Of a DNA stretch of 64,000 bases, positions 36,119-44,451 are shown one piece after another; the first letter of the stretch is position 1; each line of letters opens with the position of its first letter. Where the stretch lies: IMG/VR virus record IMGVR_UViG_3300034069_000595, positions 27,478-91,477 of that record; one strand, 5' to 3'. This DNA comes from a virus. The translations under genes were made by a program, and so were the position numbers. Under the pieces are notes generated by a model. The model was not told the origin of the DNA. It saw nothing but the letters and a program-made list of their open reading frames with translations, and did no database searches.

Positions 36119-36640
36119 ATGTCCGATATTGGCCCATTCGATCACATTTTTCTCAATGACACCGCAAACCTGGAAGCGCAGCCTGATGGCGCTGTGGTCC
36201 TGTATACCGGCGGCGATGGTGTCTCCGGAAGCCAGTTCACCTTCACGGCCGAAGGCAAGATCCTGGTTGATGGCAGCGAGTACGCTGGTCCGGCCCCGGC
36301 GGCGCCCGCAGTGCCTGCTTTCATCGCTCCGATACTCCTGAACAGCTGGAAGAATCACGGCGATACGGCCAACTACAAGCAATCGGTGGCTGGCTATCGC
36401 AAGCACGCTGACGGCACCGTTGAGCTGACTGGCCTGGTGGATGGTGGGGCTGTTGGCACCAACATTTTCAACCTGCCAGCCGGCTACCGTCCTGCCAACC
36501 AGAAGGCCTTTGCGGTCTGCTGTGCCGCGAGCGGCGACACCATTGCCTTCATCAAGATCCAGCCTAACGGCAACGTGCTGTTCTCCACCGGCACGCCAAA
36601 CTCGGTCTTCTTGACTGGCGTTCGCTTCCCACTGGCTTGA
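36119..36640 (+). CDS. Accessory receptor-binding-like protein B (paralog of A)
   Basis: IGPF N-terminus shared with A; LLNSW...RK...VELTG.VDGG...IFNLPAGYRP. Confidence 0.65.
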   Translation: MSDIGPFDHIFLNDTANLEAQPDGAVVLYTGGDGVSGSQFTFTAEGKILVDGSEYAGPAPAAPAVPAFIAPILLNSWKNHGDTANYKQSVAGYRKHADGTVELTGLVDGGAVGTNIFNLPAGYRPANQKAFAVCCAASGDTIAFIKIQPNGNVLFSTGTPNSVFLTGVRFPLA

Positions 36641-36652
36641 TCCAGACGTAGC

Positions 36653-36681
36653 AAAAAATGCGCCTTCCGGGGCGCATTTTT
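36653..36681. terminator. Terminator
   Basis: aaaaaatgcgcc-ttccgg-ggcgcattttt. Confidence 0.8.
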
Positions 36682-36717
36682 GTTTCCGCCTGTCTGATCG
36701 GCGATTTGCCAGCAGCC

Positions 36718-36733
36718 GTCGTGACATCAGCCT
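36718..36733 (+). promoter_or_regulatory. Late promoter motif for the lysis operon
   Basis: GTCGTGAC-ATC-A-GCC-T. Confidence 0.7.
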
Positions 36734-36764
36734 CTGCTTTGTACTCACACAAAGCGGAACACCC

Positions 36765-37073
36765 ATGACTTCCTTCAAACGTACCAAGGCCCTTGCCGAT
36801 AAGTCGGCCTGGCTGCTCATGCTCCCCTCAATCGTTGCGCTGTGTTTCATCGACCTGTCGATGCTCAAGACGCTGCTCCAGTGGCTCGTCTTCGCCCCAG
36901 TCCTGGCCGGTGTGGCGGTCATCGTCAGCCGCATCGTGTTCCCCCAGATCCATCTCAGCGACCTGGTTGATCAGACCGAGCAGGGCAACACGGCCTCCGC
37001 CATCCTGGCGTCCGCTCTGGTGATTTTCGTGGCTCTTGTGGTGCTCGCCCTGGTCATGTGGGCGAAGGCGTAA
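36765..37073 (+). CDS. Putative holin
   Basis: 102 aa, three hydrophobic segments, directly upstream of the endolysin. Confidence 0.6.
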   Translation: MTSFKRTKALADKSAWLLMLPSIVALCFIDLSMLKTLLQWLVFAPVLAGVAVIVSRIVFPQIHLSDLVDQTEQGNTASAILASALVIFVALVVLALVMWAKA

Positions 37074-37786
37074 TGAAGCGCCTCCTGCTCGCCCTCATCG
37101 TCCAGGCGATCCTGTCTGTCCCGGCGGCTGCCGCGGACGCAGTGCCAGCCCGGGCGGCTCAGTACCTGCCGACCCTGGTGGGTGCCCAGCGTTCGATCTG
37201 GCCGGGCGCACCTATGCCGTCCTTCCTGGCCGCTCAGGTCGAGCAGGAAAGCTGCATCACGCTCAAGCACTCCAAGTGCTGGAACCCGACAGCCCAGCTC
37301 AAAACCTCGCGCGAGTGGGGCCGCGGACTGGGCCAGGTCACCACGGCCTACCGCACAGACGGCTCGGTGCGCTTCGACAAGCAGGAGGAGCTGCGCCAGC
37401 AGTTTCCCTCGCTGCGAGGCTGGACCACTGCCAGGTGGTCGGACCCAACCTACCAGCTGACCGCCATCGTCGAGATGGACAAGTCGATCTACGGGCGCCA
37501 GCGCGACGCGGCCGATCCGATCGAGCAGCTGAAGTTCACGCTGTCAGCCTATAACGGCGGCGAGGGTGGCGTGCTCCAGGACCGCCGGCTCTGCGCGAAC
37601 ACGAAGGGTTGTGACCCTTCGCGCTGGACTGGACACGTCGAGCGCACAAGCCTGAAAAGTAAAATCGCCTCGAAGGGCTACGGAAAGTCCTTCTTCGCAA
37701 TAAACCGGGAGTACGTCACCAATATTCTGGATGTACGTCGGCCCAAATACGAACGATTTTTCAGGGCCACATCCGATGTCAATTGA
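37073..37786 (+). CDS. Endolysin, lytic transglycosylase (SLT) family with N-terminal signal
   Basis: AAQVEQES catalytic Glu, GRGLGQ, LSAYNGGEG. Confidence 0.85.
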   Translation: MKRLLLALIVQAILSVPAAAADAVPARAAQYLPTLVGAQRSIWPGAPMPSFLAAQVEQESCITLKHSKCWNPTAQLKTSREWGRGLGQVTTAYRTDGSVRFDKQEELRQQFPSLRGWTTARWSDPTYQLTAIVEMDKSIYGRQRDAADPIEQLKFTLSAYNGGEGGVLQDRRLCANTKGCDPSRWTGHVERTSLKSKIASKGYGKSFFAINREYVTNILDVRRPKYERFFRATSDVN

Positions 37787-38000
37787 ACGCGAGGAATTTC
37801 GCGAGTTGGAAAAGGCGGTCGATGCGGTCGATCGCAACACCATCCGCCTGCAAGAGCAGGTGAGTAGCATGCAGAAGAAGATCGACGACCTTGTGTCCCG
37901 AGCTGAATTTGCTCCCGTCAAACTGATCGCTTACGGGCTCGCAACTGCCGTTGGCTCATCGGTTATCATGGCGATCCTCGCCAAGGTGATCATCAAATGA
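37776..38000 (+). CDS. Coiled-coil plus C-terminal TM lysis-associated protein
   Basis: 74 aa with a single C-terminal TM segment, inside the lysis cassette. Confidence 0.55.
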   Translation: MSIEREEFRELEKAVDAVDRNTIRLQEQVSSMQKKIDDLVSRAEFAPVKLIAYGLATAVGSSVIMAILAKVIIK

Positions 38001-38455
38001 ACCTCGATCTCAGCTTCAGAGACCGCGCCTTTATTGGCGCGGCTCTCTACCTCGGTTTCCTGTTCGTCTCGATGATCACGCTGTATTGGCTGATCCTCAT
38101 CGGCGGCAACCCGATGACGGTCACCAACGTCGGGATCGTCAGCGCAACGGGGTTCCCGAACGATCGATTCCACGCAGGCGATGTTGTCGGCATCAAGCGT
38201 CAGCTCTGCTCGAAGCACGAGTTGGCGGTGCAGTTCTTCCCGTCTCTGGTCGATTCACGCGGATACAGGTTCCCGCTGCCTGGCGGCATGGCTGAAGTCC
38301 AGGAGGGCTGCCACACGACCACCTACGGGTTCGTCGTCCCTGACCTGCCGGCCGGCGAATACACCTACTCGAACGCCGTCCGCTTCCAGAACAACCTGGT
38401 GGGCCGCGACGAGGCCGCAACCTTTCCCCCGCTGCGCATAAGGATCATGAGATGA
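37997..38455 (+). CDS. Membrane-anchored periplasmic protein (antiholin-like?)
   Basis: N-terminal TM and beta-rich domain with two Cys; ATGA overlaps. Confidence 0.5.
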   Translation: MNLDLSFRDRAFIGAALYLGFLFVSMITLYWLILIGGNPMTVTNVGIVSATGFPNDRFHAGDVVGIKRQLCSKHELAVQFFPSLVDSRGYRFPLPGGMAEVQEGCHTTTYGFVVPDLPAGEYTYSNAVRFQNNLVGRDEAATFPPLRIRIMR

Positions 38456-38889
38456 GCATTGTTACCGATCTGGCGCTGGGCACAGCATCGTCCGCCGTCA
38501 AGCGCTCCCTTCTTCCCTGGTTCCTCGTGGCCGCCATGCTGGCCCTCGGCTCTGCTGGCGCAGCTGGCATGTACGGCGGCTATGAGATCGCCAACGCCCG
38601 CTACGCCAAGGAGCGCGCTGCACTGCAGGACGCACAGCTCGAAGCATTGAAAGCCAAGGGCGAGGCGCTGGCAGAGGCGACCAAGCGCGGCGATGAGGTC
38701 GCAGGCAATTTCCTTGCTGCGCTGAAGGACATGAAGATCGTGAACACCACGATCAACAACGAGGTGCGCAAGGAGACTGAGAAGCTGGTCTACACCGACT
38801 GCAAGCTCCCCGACAGCGGCGCTGACCTGCTCAAGAAGAACGTGGACGCGGTCAACCTGCGTCTGCTTGGGAAGGGGAAAACGAAGTGA
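38452..38889 (+). CDS. i-spanin (Rz-like)
   Basis: TM anchor, coiled coil, C-terminal YTDCKLPD. Confidence 0.7.
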   Translation: MSIVTDLALGTASSAVKRSLLPWFLVAAMLALGSAGAAGMYGGYEIANARYAKERAALQDAQLEALKAKGEALAEATKRGDEVAGNFLAALKDMKIVNTTINNEVRKETEKLVYTDCKLPDSGADLLKKNVDAVNLRLLGKGKTK

Positions 38890-39140
38890 GATATCTGGCA
38901 CTGGCCATCGCCCTGATGCTGGGCGGCTGCGGCACAACTTATGAGTTCAGGGTTGATGCCGATCAGGCAAAGGCCGATCGAGCGCTGACAGAGACTTGCG
39001 ACATCGTGCCGGACCCGCCGTCCCGTGGATCGTCGTTCGGAACGGTCTATGAGTTCGGCAACAAAATGGTCGGGCTGTACGGTGAGTGCGCGGTACGTGA
39101 CCGCGCGAAGTACGATTACATCAAGAGCCAGGGGCACTAA
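38886..39140 (+). CDS. o-spanin (Rz1-like lipoprotein)
   Basis: LGGC lipobox; YGECAVR motif. Confidence 0.7.
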   Translation: MRYLALAIALMLGGCGTTYEFRVDADQAKADRALTETCDIVPDPPSRGSSFGTVYEFGNKMVGLYGECAVRDRAKYDYIKSQGH

Positions 39141-39367
39141 GCCCGCTGGGCCGCGGCCTTCTCCTGGAGCGTCTTGCACCCGACGCAGATGCGAAAACCG
39201 TGGGACCGCCTGGCGTCCGGCATGTCATCGCCGCAGCTGTCAACGACGCAGAACTCCGGACCGTAGCCGGGCTCACCAGGTGCATATTTCACGGGCGCCG
39301 GCCGCGACCGGTTGTTGCGTTCCCACTCCAGCAGCTCGACCGCCTGCGTTTGATCTTCCAAAGACAT
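39137..39367 (-). CDS. TraR/DksA C4-type zinc-finger protein
   Basis: C..C.DDMPDARR....ICVGCK; 76 aa. Confidence 0.75.
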   Translation of the reverse strand: MSLEDQTQAVELLEWERNNRSRPAPVKYAPGEPGYGPEFCVVDSCGDDMPDARRSHGFRICVGCKTLQEKAAAQRA

Positions 39368-39419
39368 CCTGTGTTCCTCGCATAAAAATGGCCCCGGGTT
39401 CGTTCCGGGGCCTGTTGTC

Positions 39420-39435
39420 ATTCTGGTGTCACGCC
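39420..39435 (-). promoter_or_regulatory. Late promoter motif variant for the TraR-like gene
   Basis: GGCGTGAC-ACC-A-GAA-T. Confidence 0.5.
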
Positions 39436-39438
39436 GCC

Positions 39439-40749
39439 TCAGGCAGCGAGCTTGAACGCCATGGCCGCCGGGGCTTTCGCCTCGACGTTATCCGCCAGCC
39501 AGGCGGACCACTTATCCATCGCGGCAGTCATCTCGGGCAGGTAGTCGGCCCTGTCGTAGTTCTTCGAGCCGGTGTCGTTCTTCGCGTGCTGCTGGATCAG
39601 GTCGCGGGTGAAGCGATCGACACCAGCGTCATGGGCACGCGACTTCCAGGTTCGTCGGATGTCGCGGGTCTGGAAGTGGTCGAGCTTGCAGCCCTCGCTG
39701 TCCAACCAGCGGGTGATGGCGCGCCCTACCAGCCTGAAGTCCATCATCTCGCCCTGACCGTTGTTGAACAGGGGCCCGTCGCCAAATTGCATAATCAGCT
39801 CGCGCAGCGGCTCGATCGCCTGCGTCGGCAGCGGGATCGTATGGGCGCGCTTGCGGCCCTTCGTTTTCTCTTTGGGCATCTTCCACAAGCCGTTCAAGAG
39901 GTCGATGTCGGCGCCGTCGATCCGCAGCGTCTCCTGCACGCGCTGCCCGCAGCAGATGAGCATGCGGATGCAGATCGCAATCTTCTGGTTGAACACCTCG
40001 GCACCCGGGTCGCTGGCTTTCCAAAGGATCTTCAGCTCGGCGGCATCGAGGTTCCGGTCGCGGGTTCCGACTGCCTCGGGATCTCGTGCGACGTCGGCGG
40101 CCGGGTTGCGGGTCAAGGTCCAGGTGTACTGCACCTTCGCCGTGTAGTCGTTCGTGGACCGGATCGCCCAGTTGTAGGCCGAGGAGATGTAGCCGCGCTG
40201 CTTGTCGGCTGCTCCACGGTGGCCCCTTTGGAAGAACTCGGCCACGTGGGCGACCACGTCCTTCGGCTGCACGTCAGCCGCCGGCGTATCACGCCCGAAG
40301 GCCTTCGCCGCTGCGTACCTGCCCGTCAGCAGCGCGCGCTCGACGTTGATGGCGCTGGCCTTGCCCTTGGCCCGCATGTGGGCCACGTAGCCCTCGAACA
40401 CCTCCGCAACTGATCCAGGCTTGGCGAGGTTCGGATCGACCGGCTCGCCCTGATCGGCTGCCTTGACGGGCTTCAGGGCAAGGGCAGGGTCATGGCCCTG
40501 AGCAATCTCGGCGAACTTGGTGCGGGCCAGGTCGCGGGCCTTCTCGGGCGGCATGTCGGAGGTCCGGCACAGGCTCAGTTTGCGCGCTGTCCGTTCGGCC
40601 GTCTTGGTCCGATATCGGATCACATAGGCCTTCCGGCCGCTAGCCTGGACACGGACGCCGAAGCCCTCCAGCTCGCTGTCCCAGTGGCACACGTAGCCCG
40701 TCGCGGGGGCTGCCAGCTTATCCACAAACGCCTTCGTCAGTTTCGGCAT
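39439..40749 (-). CDS. int: Tyrosine integrase with arm-binding N-terminal domain
   Basis: KLTKAFVD...WDSELEGFGVRV arm domain; CGQR, RDIRRT, H and YDRADY catalytic motifs. Confidence 0.93.
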   Translation of the reverse strand: MPKLTKAFVDKLAAPATGYVCHWDSELEGFGVRVQASGRKAYVIRYRTKTAERTARKLSLCRTSDMPPEKARDLARTKFAEIAQGHDPALALKPVKAADQGEPVDPNLAKPGSVAEVFEGYVAHMRAKGKASAINVERALLTGRYAAAKAFGRDTPAADVQPKDVVAHVAEFFQRGHRGAADKQRGYISSAYNWAIRSTNDYTAKVQYTWTLTRNPAADVARDPEAVGTRDRNLDAAELKILWKASDPGAEVFNQKIAICIRMLICCGQRVQETLRIDGADIDLLNGLWKMPKEKTKGRKRAHTIPLPTQAIEPLRELIMQFGDGPLFNNGQGEMMDFRLVGRAITRWLDSEGCKLDHFQTRDIRRTWKSRAHDAGVDRFTRDLIQQHAKNDTGSKNYDRADYLPEMTAAMDKWSAWLADNVEAKAPAAMAFKLAA

Positions 40750-40956
40750 GATGGTCTCTTTTGTCGGTCGTCCGGTGCTCGATCGCGATCGAACTCCTTG
40801 GGTTGCACGCCGGAGAAAGCTGGGCCCAATCGGGCCCCGACTTTCGCGACATGGCAGTGAATTTACGGGGTGCAACGGCGGGCCGAAACCCTGTTAAGCC
40901 GTTGATGCAATGATCATAAATGATCAATCGGTAATTGGCGAGATTTTTCCGAAAGC

Positions 40957-41003
40957 GACTACGAATCTGGGGGTCAGAGGTTCGAATCCTTTCGGGCGCG
41001 CCA
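40957..41003 (+). other. attP core: 3' half of tRNA-Arg(ACG)
   Basis: GACT-ACG-AATCTGG GGGTC AGAGG-TTCGAAT-CCTTT CGGGCGC G CCA: anticodon loop, T-arm and CCA present, 5' half absent; beside int. Confidence 0.88.
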
Positions 41004-41208
41004 GTTTCTTCCCTGTAAATTCACTTACAGGTCAACGACTTGCACAGCGGTGAATCCGCTGTCAATGAGGCCCCCTTGCGGGGCCTTTTTCGTTCGGGCC
41101 CCTCATGGGCCTCAAGTCGTATCGGGATGGGCCGTGATGAGGCCCACTTTCGGGGCCCATTGCGTGAACTCGCGGGGGTGCGACGTTCTGTCAAAGCAGG
41201 CTTGAGGT

Positions 41209-42117
41209 CTACCATATCTGGGGGGCGGACACGGCAACTGGCATGTCGCCCGGCACCGGCTCGACACCCTCCTTGCTCATGTCTTGAACCCGCCGGAAAA
41301 AGTCGCGAAGGCGTTGCACCTCGCGGTCTCCCTCGATGCGTCGGGCCGCCCCGCGCATCGCGGCTGCCAGCTCCGCTGTTGAAGCTTCGGGCGGCAACCC
41401 CAGCACCCTTGCCAGCTCCAGCTGAGCCTCGTTGATGCGGGCGGCCTCGCGGTCCAGGGCATCCTTACGCCATTGGATCTCGCGAAGGACTTCGGCATGC
41501 GTGCCTTGGCGGATCTCGTCGCGCTCGCGCTGCGCTGCCTCATTGGCCGTCTTCAGAGAGTCGGCGCTGAGGTAAGCGGTTCGGACGAGCCCTCCCAGCT
41601 CATCGCCCAGCTTCTTGCGAAGCGCTGTGTCGGCAGCCCAGATCGACCCCTCGCCACGCGACTGGATCCGCGCTCGGGTCGTCTCGCGATCGATGCCGTC
41701 CATGAGCAGCTTGAGCCAGGCGTCACGTGGCAGGTTACCGAGGTTGCCCAGCGTCGGGCCCTTGGCGACCTTCCAGCCGCTTTCATGGCGAATGATCAGG
41801 CCGCACCCGTTCGGGATATCGGCCTTGGTGATCAGCCCGGCCGGCGCGGCGAACACAACGGCGCTGGCGAACTGCAGGTAGGTCTGCCATTTGCCGGCGG
41901 TCACATCCCGGCGGAAATCCGCGATCGAGATCTTGGCCTCGTAGGCGATCGGCGCGAATCGGCTGAAGCTCTTTTTGACCGCGTACACGTCAGGACGCGG
42001 CGAGCCGGAAGGCCCGAGCTGCATGTTCTCCCACGCCATGACATCGGACGTGGTGCGCAGGTGATTCGCGAGGTCGGTTGCCAGCTCGTCATGGCCCCAC
42101 TTCCGCGGGGCGCTCAC
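41209..42117 (-). CDS. MmcB-like PD-(D/E)XK nuclease with C-terminal coiled coil
   Basis: RPDVY...YEAKISIADFRRD..KWQTY motif. Confidence 0.7.
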   Translation of the reverse strand: MSAPRKWGHDELATDLANHLRTTSDVMAWENMQLGPSGSPRPDVYAVKKSFSRFAPIAYEAKISIADFRRDVTAGKWQTYLQFASAVVFAAPAGLITKADIPNGCGLIIRHESGWKVAKGPTLGNLGNLPRDAWLKLLMDGIDRETTRARIQSRGEGSIWAADTALRKKLGDELGGLVRTAYLSADSLKTANEAAQRERDEIRQGTHAEVLREIQWRKDALDREAARINEAQLELARVLGLPPEASTAELAAAMRGAARRIEGDREVQRLRDFFRRVQDMSKEGVEPVPGDMPVAVSAPQIW

Positions 42118-42626
42118 ACGGCCACCAGCGGCAGCAGTGGCGTCGTGTACGGCAGGAACAGCGGGTGCTTCGGGTCACCGCCATCGGTCGAGCCGAAGTG
42201 GAGCACCGGTTTGCCGCTACGATGCAGCCAGGCCAGCAGCAGATCGAGCTGTGGACGCAGGTTTTTCGGCACCTTGTCGCGACCGCCCCAGCAAGGGACC
42301 AGCACGTCAGCCTCGGCGATGATTCGCTCCAGGTGCGTAAAGTGCTGCGGGCCCTGCGGGAACGGCACCTTGCCGATCTGCTTCACGTCGGTCGCCCGGT
42401 AGCTGAACACGTTGCCGACGATGAAGCGGTGCCCGCCGTTGCGCTGGGTGAAGCCGATCCACTTGCGAACGGTAGGGTCGTCGAGCATGGCGTCAGCGGT
42501 CGACGGGTTGATCCCGAAGTAGGCGAACACCTTGCTGTCTTCGTCGTATTCAGCGGGGATCAACCCCTCACAGCTCCGATCGAGGCGATAGCGGTACAAG
42601 CCGCACTCGCTGATCACAGCGCTCAC
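42114..42626 (-). CDS. DUF1643 family protein
   Basis: YRYRL, GINPSTADA..DDPTVR, GNVFSYRAT, PKHPL. Confidence 0.85.
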   Translation of the reverse strand: MSAVISECGLYRYRLDRSCEGLIPAEYDEDSKVFAYFGINPSTADAMLDDPTVRKWIGFTQRNGGHRFIVGNVFSYRATDVKQIGKVPFPQGPQHFTHLERIIAEADVLVPCWGGRDKVPKNLRPQLDLLLAWLHRSGKPVLHFGSTDGGDPKHPLFLPYTTPLLPLVAV

Positions 42627-43837
42627 GGATGCACCGCCGGGTCGGTCAGGCGGTAGGCTACAACGCGGGTACGGCCCATCTCTGGCTCATGGCGCCAATC
42701 CCAGCGCGAGGCGTAGCCAGGCCGTCCGAACGTCGTTGGAGCGTCGCCCTCAAGACGCACCCAGATCATGGCATCCAGATCCGCAACGGGGCACAGGCCA
42801 CCCGTCCACTCTATCCAGCCATCATCGGCAGCCTTCGGCAGGTAGGCCACCACCTGGCAATGGCGGAAGCTGTCTGACTGCGGCGCCCAGTTCACTCCGC
42901 TGACGGAGGTGGTCTCGTCGCCATTCTGGAAGCGGACCTTTGCCACGTTCTCGGGGCGCGGCCCGCAAGCGTCAGCGTTCCACTCGATCCAGCCGTCATC
43001 GGACGGCGCTGGGCGCTTAGCGATCACGGTCCACATGCTTTGCGGGCTGTCCAGAGCCGCAGTCTGCGAACTTCCGGCTGGTCGCCGATCAAATTCAACC
43101 GCCAGGACGCCTGTGGTGGCGCAATCCAACTCCGGCACCCAGACAAGAAGCCGTCGCTCTGGATCTTCAGTGCTGGTCGTGCCTGCGATTAGCGCGATCG
43201 CATCGGCCGGCGCGACATCCCAGGTCAGGCCATGGGGCAGCTCCCCGGCAGGCTCGAAGCCAGCTTGCAGCATGGCGGCATCAGCCAGGCCCTTGCTCAG
43301 CTCCCGATCCAGACGCTCGATCTCGGCGAGGATCAGCGCTCCGGCTTTGACCAGGTTGCGGCGTGGGGTGCCGAGCTTGAACCACTTCGCTTCCCACGGC
43401 CACCAAGCCGGCGTGCCGTCTAAAGTGGCAGCATCGTAGGCGTGCAACGCGTAGGTGCCGGCGGCTTCCGCCAAGTCGCCTTGGGCATATTTGTCGTCAT
43501 GCTCTGGCGTCCGGCCTTCCACTTCAACCTGGCGCCGCCGCTCTATCAGCACGTCACGGGAGGCATCGGTCCGCCACTCGGACGCATGGATATCGATCAG
43601 AGCGTCGCAGGCCACGAGCGTCTGGCCCTTCGCGTCCTCAAGCCTGGCCCGTAAATCCTCAAGCTGCCGACCCGTCAACGATGGGTCTATCGTGATGAAT
43701 TGAGGTTCTTCAAAACTGGTATTCAGCAGGGCGGCAGTGATCTCGCCCATTGCTGTCGCACCATCGGTGGTCTGATCTGTCAGCCAGTTGCTGGCTACCT
43801 TGCGGATCTTCTCGACCGCTTCACGTACTGAGTTCAC
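42623..43837 (-). CDS. Multidomain phage protein
   Basis: ERRRQ..EG.TPEHDD...RRNLVKAGALILAEIERLDR domain plus two DDGWIEW repeats; GTG start with GGAAGG RBS. Confidence 0.65.
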   Translation of the reverse strand: MNSVREAVEKIRKVASNWLTDQTTDGATAMGEITAALLNTSFEEPQFITIDPSLTGRQLEDLRARLEDAKGQTLVACDALIDIHASEWRTDASRDVLIERRRQVEVEGRTPEHDDKYAQGDLAEAAGTYALHAYDAATLDGTPAWWPWEAKWFKLGTPRRNLVKAGALILAEIERLDRELSKGLADAAMLQAGFEPAGELPHGLTWDVAPADAIALIAGTTSTEDPERRLLVWVPELDCATTGVLAVEFDRRPAGSSQTAALDSPQSMWTVIAKRPAPSDDGWIEWNADACGPRPENVAKVRFQNGDETTSVSGVNWAPQSDSFRHCQVVAYLPKAADDGWIEWTGGLCPVADLDAMIWVRLEGDAPTTFGRPGYASRWDWRHEPEMGRTRVVAYRLTDPAVHP

Positions 43838-43912
43838 CTTCCTTCCCCTTGCCGTGCTGATCACGGCCATGCGCATAAAAAAATGGCGGGACGCTAGGCC
43901 CCGCCGTTTTGA

Positions 43913-44185
43913 TCAGTTGATGCCGTCTTTCAGGACTTTGCCAGCGACGAACTTCGCCACCTTCTTCGCCTCGATCGGCACTGGCGCCCCGGTTGCTGGG
44001 TTGCGGGCGACGCGGGCGGCGCGGTCGATCCCTTTGAATTTGCCGAGGCCTGGCAGAGGCACTTCCTCACCGTTGCGCAGCAGGGCGATGGTTTCATGCG
44101 CCAGCGCGTCCAGGACGCGGGTGACAGTGGCCTGGCTCTCGTTGGTGCGGGTAGCGATGCTGGCGATCAGGGAATGTTTGCTCAT
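43913..44185 (-). CDS. HU/IHF-family DNA-binding protein
   Basis: GLGKF...RAAR.ARNPATG..V.I...VAKFVAGK.LKD. Confidence 0.92.
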   Translation of the reverse strand: MSKHSLIASIATRTNESQATVTRVLDALAHETIALLRNGEEVPLPGLGKFKGIDRAARVARNPATGAPVPIEAKKVAKFVAGKVLKDGIN

Positions 44186-44214
44186 GATGCTCCAATGTAT
44201 GCGGTCAGGCCGCG

Positions 44215-44433
44215 TCAGTTTGATGCTTGATATTCGCAGGTGCCGCCCACGGTGCGGGCGTTTTCGTAGCTGTTGATATCCTCAACACGGTAAGCAACTC
44301 GCCCACCGATTTTGATGTAGCGGGGGCCTGTTGACGTGGATCTCCAATTCGCCAGGGTCCGAGTGGTGATTCGGTTATCCCAGCGCTCAACCAGTTCCAC
44401 GGGGCTCAGGTAACGCTTCCCTGCGTCGTTCAT
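44215..44433 (-). CDS. Excisionase-like winged HTH
   Basis: YLSPVEL.ERW...TLANWR...GPRYIKIGGRVAY. Confidence 0.8.
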   Translation of the reverse strand: MNDAGKRYLSPVELVERWDNRITTRTLANWRSTSTGPRYIKIGGRVAYRVEDINSYENARTVGGTCEYQASN

Positions 44434-44451
44434 CGGTCCTAATCTTTCTTG

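Noticed and set aside
35308-36640. Diversity-generating retroelement VR/TR pair
   Set aside because: The paralogs differ throughout rather than only at adenines, and no reverse transcriptase is present in the window.
40957-41003. Functional tRNA-Arg gene
   Set aside because: Acceptor 5' strand, D-arm and 5' anticodon stem are absent (agcga instead of ccaga); this is an att core only.
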